A DNA stretch of 64,000 nt from Oopsacas minuta (lineage: Eukaryota; Animalia; Porifera): positions 248,001 through 312,000 of the forward strand of contig JAKMXF010000166.1 in the NCBI GenBank assembly GCA_024704765.1. The letters are read 5' to 3'. The position numbers were made by a program, and so were the translations under genes. The notes under the pieces were generated by a model that saw nothing but the letters and a program-made list of their open reading frames with translations, was not told the DNA's origin and did not search any database. The stretch's first letter is position 1. Each line of letters starts with the position of its first letter. This document shows positions 56,296-64,000 of the stretch, piece by piece.

Positions 56296-57750
56296 ATGAT
56301 CCCAGTTAGGAATAAAAGTAGATCTGTTGATCTTACAGATTCGCCTTCACATTCAAAAGTATCTAAATATGGTTCGAAAAATGAATCTAAGCCCAAACTT
56401 GCATACCAACATATAAACGAGTATAATGTAGTGATGAAGGAAGACCATAATTATGAAGAATTAAGAAAGACTGTTTACAGTCCTGAGTCGAAAAGATGTC
56501 CCCTCAAACAACCAGACGGGTCTTATGAAGTGATGGAAGGTGAGAAGAATGTAGATATTGAATATGAAGAATTTTCGAAATTGGTTTCTAGTCCTGAGAG
56601 TAAAACAAAATCTCAGGAAAGTAAAACTTTAAAACGAAAACCCGAAATTCCAATAATTTCTACAAAAATTCTAAATATGAATAAAGTAGGTAATAGTGTT
56701 GTAGATAAAAGCACAAAGCTTCCTTTCTCAAAGCAAAAAAGTATGGAAAGTAAACCTGATAAGATTTATGATTCTAAAGGAAATCATTATTACTATTTGG
56801 ATGATTGTGTTAATGTATTTATGTCATCAAGTGCACACCCTGAGCCCAGTCTGAAGATTACTCCTTCCTTACAAAATGGTACAAAATCTCCTAATAGATC
56901 TAACTATCTTGCAATTAGACCATTGAATACAGTTATTGGAAACAAACAACCAACGGACAGACCCTCAATTCATAAGAAATTCACAAAGAGATCTCAAAAC
57001 ATTACTTCTACTCCAGGAAGTGGAATTGGATGCTCAACACCGGAATTAACCACGTGTATGATATTCGAAGATTTCAAAGAAGGTAGTAATTTTTCAGAGG
57101 TTTACAGTCCTGAGTCGAAAAGATGTCCCCCCAAACAACCAGACGAGTATTATAAAGTGATGGAAGGTGAGAAGAATGTAGATATTGAATATGAAGAATT
57201 TTCGAAATTGGTTTCTAGTCCTGAGAGTAAAACAAAATCTCAGGATAGTAAAATTTTAAAACGAAAACCCGAAATTCCAATAATTTCTACAAAAATTCTA
57301 AATATGAATAAAGTAGGTAATAGTGTTGTAGATAAAAGCACAAAGCTTCCTTTCTCAAAGCAAAAAAGTGTGGGAATTAAACCTGATAAGATTTATGATT
57401 CTAAAGGAGATCTTTATTACTGCTTGGATGATTGTGATAATGTATTTATGTCATCAAGTGCACACCCTGAGCCCAGTCTGAAGATTACTCCTTCCTTACA
57501 AAATGGTACAAAATCTCCTAATAGATCTAACTATCTTGCAATTAGACCATTGAATACAGTTATTGGAAACAAACAACCAACGGACAGACCCTCAATTCAT
57601 AAGAAATTCACAAAGAGATCTCAAAACATTACTTCTACTCCAGGAAGTAGAATCAAACCGGAATTAACCAGGGATATGATATTCGAAGATTTCAATGAAG
57701 GTAGTGATTTTTCAAAATTCGCTGCCGAATTAAAACACAGATATAAATAA
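56296..57750 (+). CDS. Orphan Lys/Ser/Pro-rich disordered protein with a 209-aa internal tandem duplication (484 aa)
   Basis: Long ORF; frame preserved across both repeat units. Confidence 0.75.
   Translation: MIPVRNKSRSVDLTDSPSHSKVSKYGSKNESKPKLAYQHINEYNVVMKEDHNYEELRKTVYSPESKRCPLKQPDGSYEVMEGEKNVDIEYEEFSKLVSSPESKTKSQESKTLKRKPEIPIISTKILNMNKVGNSVVDKSTKLPFSKQKSMESKPDKIYDSKGNHYYYLDDCVNVFMSSSAHPEPSLKITPSLQNGTKSPNRSNYLAIRPLNTVIGNKQPTDRPSIHKKFTKRSQNITSTPGSGIGCSTPELTTCMIFEDFKEGSNFSEVYSPESKRCPPKQPDEYYKVMEGEKNVDIEYEEFSKLVSSPESKTKSQDSKILKRKPEIPIISTKILNMNKVGNSVVDKSTKLPFSKQKSVGIKPDKIYDSKGDLYYCLDDCDNVFMSSSAHPEPSLKITPSLQNGTKSPNRSNYLAIRPLNTVIGNKQPTDRPSIHKKFTKRSQNITSTPGSRIKPELTRDMIFEDFNEGSDFSKFAAELKHRYK
56473..57714 (+). 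repeat. Two tandem 627-bp units inside the 56296 ORF
   Basis: GTTTACAGTCCTGAGTCG at 56473 and 57100; CTAAATATG at 56671 and 57298 (offset 627 both times); few substitutions. Confidence 0.95.
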
Positions 57751-58073
57751 GAGTAATTTTGTAATTTGTGCTTTATTGAAGTTTGATATGTATAATATGA
57801 CTGTAAGCACGTATTTTACACGTATTTGTAATTAAAATTTCCAAAATTTGTTTTTTCCAGTAAAATCTGATAGCACACTTCACAACGCTCTGTCAAATGT
57901 ACGCTCGCACCTGTGAGAGTAATCTACTTTTCAGAATCAAATTATAAGTATCTTGTTACATTTATTGCTTTACATAATTATTACATTAGGACCTTGCACT
58001 TTTAGATACTATGTGAGGATATATTAATAATATATGTGGAGTTCTCAGTATATGAGAGTTTTTAATTTACTTA

Positions 58074-59033
58074 ATGATTCATAGAGATAAACTTTCCACT
58101 TTGGGTAATGTCAGTAAACCATTTCCACATTTCAGTGGATCAATTTCAAAGCATGAATCTAGGTCACAATCTGTCAGCAATCCAGAAATCTACGTTGAAA
58201 TGATTAATCCATTGAATGATAAAGTTGGGAGAACACATATTTTTCATGAAAAGTTATCAAAGAGTTTTGTGAGCCCCCAGAATGGGAGTATTAAACAAAT
58301 ACAAGACATTCAAGTCAGGATATTTCCAGATAAAATACAATCTGGAGATAGGGTTATATTATGTAATAATAAGATGAAGAATCCTAAGGGCAAAATTGTT
58401 AACAAACCTGAAAAACCAAAGCAAGAACAGCCCCCTGTATTTAAGAAAAACTGGCAGCATAGAAAATTAACGGATAAAGATAATGACGTATCTAATTCAA
58501 ATGTTCAGATTCATAAACCACTACACAAGCAATTTACTGAGGCAAGTATTGTCCTACCAATCATGAAGTATAGTATGAAGTATAGTCCTCCTATAAAGCA
58601 GAGAGATACTAGCAGGTCAATTGGTCATGAAAATATTTGTGAAATTTTAGCAAGCCTTAGCAACAAAAATTCTGAGGAATGTAACTCGAACCAAGAAGAA
58701 ATAATTTATGAAACCTTCAATTCAAATGAGTGTAATGAATCAGAAGTATTCTCTCCACAAATTACGAAAGCTAGCCCTACCAGTACTCAGAGAGGAGGCA
58801 AATCTAATACGCTTCTATATCTACCAATTGTCCCAATCCATAAGAAACCACTAATCCCTAGCTTACAGAGATATAACTCGAATAGAGAAGAAGGTTATAA
58901 GCAACATAAATTATCTTGCAACAATATTGCCAAACCGAAGAGACCTGCTCCCCCAATCCCAATCCTTAGATCTTCCTCAAATAGGGAAGATATAAAGCCT
59001 TTTCATACAGGAGAAATTAAGCGAAAATATTAA
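58074..59033 (+). CDS. Orphan disordered protein with Tyr and PxxP motifs (319 aa)
   Basis: ATG ORF; EIYVEM, IIYETF, KPKRPAPPIP. Confidence 0.65.
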   Translation: MIHRDKLSTLGNVSKPFPHFSGSISKHESRSQSVSNPEIYVEMINPLNDKVGRTHIFHEKLSKSFVSPQNGSIKQIQDIQVRIFPDKIQSGDRVILCNNKMKNPKGKIVNKPEKPKQEQPPVFKKNWQHRKLTDKDNDVSNSNVQIHKPLHKQFTEASIVLPIMKYSMKYSPPIKQRDTSRSIGHENICEILASLSNKNSEECNSNQEEIIYETFNSNECNESEVFSPQITKASPTSTQRGGKSNTLLYLPIVPIHKKPLIPSLQRYNSNREEGYKQHKLSCNNIAKPKRPAPPIPILRSSSNREDIKPFHTGEIKRKY

Positions 59034-59828
59034 AACTCTCAAAATGATTTTTCCGCTAATGATTTGTATATTTGGCACAAATTTGTACATCTCTGCTCGT
59101 CTGTAGTTTTTTATGTATCATGTAATTGTGATTATGTTTTCAATTCCTTTCATTTAGTATTAATTTGGAGAAAATAACCAAATCTTTGGAAATTTTATTC
59201 GTTTACTGTTATGTATTGAGTTATCATATCACTATCATTGAGCTTTACTACCTGGAACACTAGCTGGACCATCAAGAATTCAGTATGCTAGCAGAATGTT
59301 ACAAGATGTGTATTGACAAAGGCGGTGGCTATGGCTTACAATATTAATTATTTTTGCACATAAAGCTCAAAACCTTCGGAATGCCCCTTGAATGAAACGT
59401 TTTGCGGCTGTGTTAGCTATTCTACGCGATAACTATCGTACCTAAATGGTAAATTTGGATAACTTTGCCTCTGCCCAATCCCTTATAGTCCTGCAGTCAC
59501 CAGATCTTCAGGAACATCGGAAATCCATGGGAGATGAAGTTCCATGTTGGCATAGTAATGTGAAGTGGGGTGGCCAAGGCTGCCCCACACCACTGATCTT
59601 AGGCTCAGAGTCTAAGAGAATTATTTAATTTCATCACATAATTCTATATCTTTTTATCATAAATAATTGAAATTATTCGCTCCCTAAGATGCCAACTTGG
59701 CATCTCATTAAGTTACATTTAGAGCCGCGAAAAACCATGAGAGTTGGTATATCTGATCCTAAACGATGTAACCAGCGGTGTTATGCTGTTTGGACGCAGC
59801 TCCCATAATTTCATATTCGTGTTTCACC

Positions 59829-59888
59829 GTAAGAATATTTTAATTTTGGTATTCTATTCTAATCTAAATTACAATAATGGTATTTTAG
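59829..59888 (+). other. Predicted 60-bp 5'-UTR intron of ELMO
   Basis: GTAAGA at 59829, TATTTTAG ending 59888, 6 nt before the ATG. Confidence 0.5.
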
Positions 59889-59894
59889 ATTAGT

Positions 59895-62800
59895 ATGGCC
59901 AGTCAAACGGATGATTTCAATAAAATCAAGCTATACATAGAGTCTGAACAGGGAAATCAGCCTCTACTCCTTAGCTGGGACACAGCGTTACCTCTCAGAG
60001 CTCTCATAGCTGAAGTTTGTTCGCAATGGAGTATCAAAAATCCTGAATCTTTCGCACTAAAAACCTCTTCTTCTACTCAAGAATTTTATCTAACAGATGA
60101 AGCTAGAAGAGAGCTCAAATCTGGACAACTATTACACATGACTGCTTCTCCGAAGAAGATGGCTGAAGAAGTGAAACAGCTCTTGAATACTCAGACAGAA
60201 GAGGCCAAGGAAGAGTGTTTCGAACTATTACAATTATTGTCTAAAGATCCTCTCTTCGTTACATCATTCTTATCAACTGATGGCATACATTTCCTGATGG
60301 AAGCTATTCAGAAGGAAATAATGAACTACAACCCAGAGGCTCATCCCATGAAAGTAAGTTATCACTTATTTGTGCTATTGATAGGCCAGTTTACTAATAT
60401 TATAATAGTACATATGATAAAACAATTTTTGAATTCATTCGTTAATTTATGTTTCAACCTTGACCAGAAAGGATTGATGATACGGTAGAAACCGGTGTCA
60501 GTAAATAGTGTTCCGCCCGTGAATAATGTTCGGGACACAATTCCCTAGTGGAAAATGTTCGGGGAAACCATATTCACTACTAAATATGGGGAACACTACA
60601 GTAGAGAGGAACTATATTCGCTAGTGAATAATGTTCGGGGGAACACTAATGGCTGTGACACCGAATATATTTAACACACATTTTTTGTACGAAAAATTTG
60701 TTAAAAATATCCCTGTTACTAGTGTATTCGTTTTTTAGAGAATATTCGATTCGTTTAATTTATAATTTTTCGTTCTAAGCACATTTAATTATCGCTAATA
60801 AGGCCATGTAAAGTAATATACTTGTTTCTCATCCCCGCCCGTCCTGACAGATTTATTTGTATTTTTCCAAATTTATGGCTATTCCTTTGGTCACAGAGTG
60901 TGTAATCCATATTTTAATGCTTGCATAGTTGAAAAAATTCTAAATATTTCTGCCAAGAAAGTATGTGATGAGATAATGGAAGAGTAATCTACACATTAAC
61001 TGCCCTGTAAAAAATAAAAATAAATTACCGTTCGCCGTCCCAATTTCTGAAGAAATTCCGTGGATGAGAAACAAGTAATTTATTTTCATCGCCTAAATAT
61101 GCCACGTTTATCCGAACAATAATTATTACTTCCTTACCAACATTATCTCTTCTCTTCCTCTCTAAGGGAAGGATACGATGAGCATCTAGCTTTCCCTATA
61201 AGCTGTGTAGCTGTAGCCCAATGAATTCACTCCTTTTCTAATAAATATGACATTTATTTGATTCTAAACTGAATCATAATTAGCGTATAGTACAAGCATT
61301 TAAACATCATGTAGAATCCCTTCGTATATTTTTTAACTGGCTTTCATTTGTGTTAGAAAACTTACTATGTTTGGCATACACACATTCATTATACCTATAA
61401 ATTACTGAAATATTTATCGTAGACGATTGATGGATTGCTAGAATCGTTTCAAGACATCATGGAGCAGTCAATGGTATCTTGGACTATAATACAACCCGAG
61501 TATATTATCAATCTTTGTGAATTTCTTAACAAACAGAAGGAACCACAATTACAAACAAAAGTATTGACGCTTCTAGAAAATGCTATTTTTAACAGTGAAA
61601 AACTCTACCTTCCCATATTTGAGTCTCTCTCAACAGAGACTCTAACCTCTCTTACTTCTGATAAAAGCCCTTCCGTACAGCTAGCTACCCTCTCGTTCAT
61701 AAATGCTATGCTCGGTAAAGGTAACACTATGGAGTATCTGCAATTACTCAAGAAACAGAGGATACTTCAGGGAATCGGTAGCCATGTTATTGGTAGACAC
61801 CCTCAGGTCAAACCGGAAGTAGCACATCAACTATACGTTTGTCAGAACCTTTCCCTCGGTGTCCTGGAGAAGAGAGCTACTTCGAGATTCATAGACCATT
61901 ATGATACCTCATATAAACATTTAGTGTATCTAGTAAACTCACTACACATACAGACACCTGATACAGCTAACAAGAATATTGAAGATGAATTCGTTAAGCT
62001 AGGATTTCTCAATGAAGATCCTACTGAAGATTTTAATGACGTACCTCCAGGTCTACTTGCTCTCGATTGTATGGTTTATTTCGCGCAGAGTCAGCCGGAG
62101 AACTTCACTAGGCAAGTCTTAAGGAAATTAGAATTTCAGTGTCCTTTCGGACATACTTCAATTTTCTTAACAAAGATGATGTATAGCTTGTTGAAAGTAG
62201 GAGAGCCTGTATCTGATATTTCTACCGACTATATTCCCATGTTCTTCTCTAATCAGAACTTTTTTGAGGAATTTTTCTGTATCAATATTCAATTATTGTT
62301 TAAAACTTGGAGAGAAATGAGAGCTACTCCTATTGACTTCGAGAAGGTAATGAGTGTCGTGCAGAAACAGATTGATATGGTGATGCGTGATCCCGAGGTT
62401 TCATCACTAGACTCTTACAGGAGGAAAATTATGCAGTTGAATTACTCACAAATTCTTAAACAGCTTGATATCGAGAAGGAACATCAAGATGCGAATATTT
62501 TCAAAGCTAAGCCAGTTATGGAGCTTAGAGATAGATTACAACCTCAAATACTTGACCTTATCAAGAGACAGAGACTCAATCAGCTGGTCAAAGGGGAGAG
62601 CTTTTCTGATCCTAAGAGAAAGAAAACTATTTTCTGTAGATTGACACAGAATCATAAATTCTTACATTACGGAGAAGTTGAGGGTAACAAAGTACCAAGT
62701 ATTGAAGAACTAGAAAAGAAAATACAAGTCAACCAAATGAAGGAATTGTTGTTGGGTAAAGACATTGTATTTAAAAGTAAAAACAAAACAGAAAGTCATG

Positions 62801-63072
62801 CATTAGGCATTGTATTCAGTGGTGGAGAAGATAAGAGGCTTGAACTGTTAGCTACGGATGAGAGAAAATTTTGTGTTTGGATTGATGGAATTCGAATTCT
62901 TCTAGGACAGCAACCAGACTCTGATTTAGCTATTAGTGATATGGAAACTCTACTCAATATGGACATGAAGATACATTTGTTAGCTATTGAGAATATTCCA
63001 ATACCAGATTATCCTCCTGTCATACCTCCAAATCCTCCTAATCTCGATTTCTGTACTACCCCTGATTTGTAA
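59895..63072 (+). CDS. ELMO: Engulfment and cell motility protein ELMO/CED-12; join(59895..60353,61423..63072), about 702 aa
   Basis: N-terminal RBD, ELMO domain (LGFLNEDPTEDFNDVPPGLLALDCMVYFA, CPFGHTSI), PH (FCRLTQNHKFLHYG), C-terminal PIPDYPPVIPPNPPNLDF; phase-0 GTAAGT..AG intron. Confidence 0.95.
60493..60663. mobile_element. MITE with subterminal repeats in the ELMO intron
   Basis: CGGTGTCA..TAGTGTTCC / GGAACACTA..TGACACCG ends; three internal GTG(A/G)A(T/A)AATGTTCGGG repeats. Confidence 0.7.
60819..61077. mobile_element. MITE family A, copy 3, in the ELMO intron
   Basis: TACTTGTTTCTCATCC ... GGATGAGAAACAAGTA, perfect 16-bp TIR including TA. Confidence 0.85.
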
Positions 63073-63817
63073 AAATCTTACATTCACATTCACACTATTA
63101 TGTGTGTGAATTGTGTTTGTGTTAGAAAGACTTTTTATTTGAATATCTATAAATTGAATAGTTTCAAGCTGTAATTCTATATTTATTGTCTTCGTATTAG
63201 TTATCTTTATCTATGCGAATTTTCTAGTCGCTGTGTGTCGCTAAGCAGAATTATATTATTTTTATTTTGTTGGACTAGTGCAATTATATATGCATATGTT
63301 TGTTCTCATTATTATTTCCTAGTTATTTAGTTATGACTGAGGGTCTTGCTTGCAATTGCTGTTGTGTGGGTGTTCTTGGCATGTCTGTACAACATATGTT
63401 TGATATTCGTCCGCGGAATTCGCCTTGGTAATACCCTGTTCCTAAGTCCTACGATATTTTCAAAATTGGCATGAGTAATGGGGAAGGCCAATATTTCATT
63501 TCATGGCATTCCACTAATCCATGGTAAATCCACACTCTAACAAGCAGAGAAGAACCTCAAAACGCTGGTACAACATACATTATATCTATGCTAATTGCTA
63601 TGAGTACATGTTGAATATTTGATGAGTAATGAATGAATTATGGAAATAGATAATACAATATTTGACAGCATAATTTGATCCAGAATTACGTCATGCATAT
63701 TTTCCAGAAAATTATTGTTCCCTATATTTGAATTTCTTGCGTGAATGCTCCCTCCCATCCAGTTTTATCGTCGTACAACTAATAATATTCCCATTTTATC
63801 CTCAATTGCTATTATTA

Positions 63818-64000
63818 CTAGTTCATGACAATGTACTCTCTCAGACATAAACCATCTTCAGCTAAGAAGCCAGCTAAATCCCCAAAGCATCCCCCTGTTT
63901 GTGTATTTTGTAATAAATGTGATAACATGGAAGGACAGTTAGGCACGTTAATTTCTTCTAAAGTATCCTCATTGTCTGCACATGAATATTGTCTCACTTT
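63818..64000 (-). CDS. Possible 3' part of a coding exon entering from beyond the window
   Basis: Open frame from the window edge: KVRQYSCADNEDTLEEINVPNCPSMLSHLLQNTQTGGCFGDLAGFLAEDGLCLREYIVMN*; no family recognised. Confidence 0.3.
   Translation of the reverse strand, partial: KVRQYSCADNEDTLEEINVPNCPSMLSHLLQNTQTGGCFGDLAGFLAEDGLCLREYIVMN

Noticed and set aside
1-64000. Short ORFs antisense to or nested in long genes; tRNA, rRNA, CRISPR or prokaryotic defence systems
   Set aside because: Nested ORFs are shadows of real CDSs; no tRNA/rRNA signatures or repeat-spacer arrays were seen, and the DNA is eukaryotic with spliceosomal introns.

Overview
AT-rich, gene-dense, very intron-poor metazoan genomic DNA. 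The gene set (ELMO, MAP2K5/MEK5, animal heme peroxidase, SV2, LOTUS-Tudor, C-type lectin, trefoil domain) indicates an animal. The compact, nearly intronless architecture resembles an early-branching lineage such as a hexactinellid sponge (inference, not verified). About 22 protein-coding loci: the 3' end of a MATE paralog, STT3, a trefoil/alpha-glucosidase N-terminal fragment, a stand-alone DUSP-UBL protein, SV2, a LOTUS-Tudor protein, a degenerate small-Maf-like bZIP, two apparently identical head-to-head ADF/cofilin genes, MATE, a heme peroxidase, AP-3 sigma, MEK5, VDAC, a coiled-coil/NHL-like protein, DDX51, a small PY-motif membrane protein, an intronless ATM, a C-type lectin receptor, three orphan Tyr-motif-rich ORFs and ELMO. 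Mobile DNA: one decayed full-length DD41D Tc1/mariner element and about ten MITE copies. Most striking: (1) a 956-bp-arm gene palindrome carrying two cofilin copies whose identity stops 2 bp after the stop codon, with clustered CArG (SRF) boxes in the shared promoter; (2) a Maf-type bZIP lacking both invariant DNA-contact residues; (3) short 5'-UTR introns retained in front of otherwise intronless or nearly intronless genes; (4) a LOTUS-(OB-like)-Tudor-Tudor architecture; (5) a cluster of orphan phosphotyrosine-motif proteins. All calls are from reading the sequence by eye; no database searches were run.
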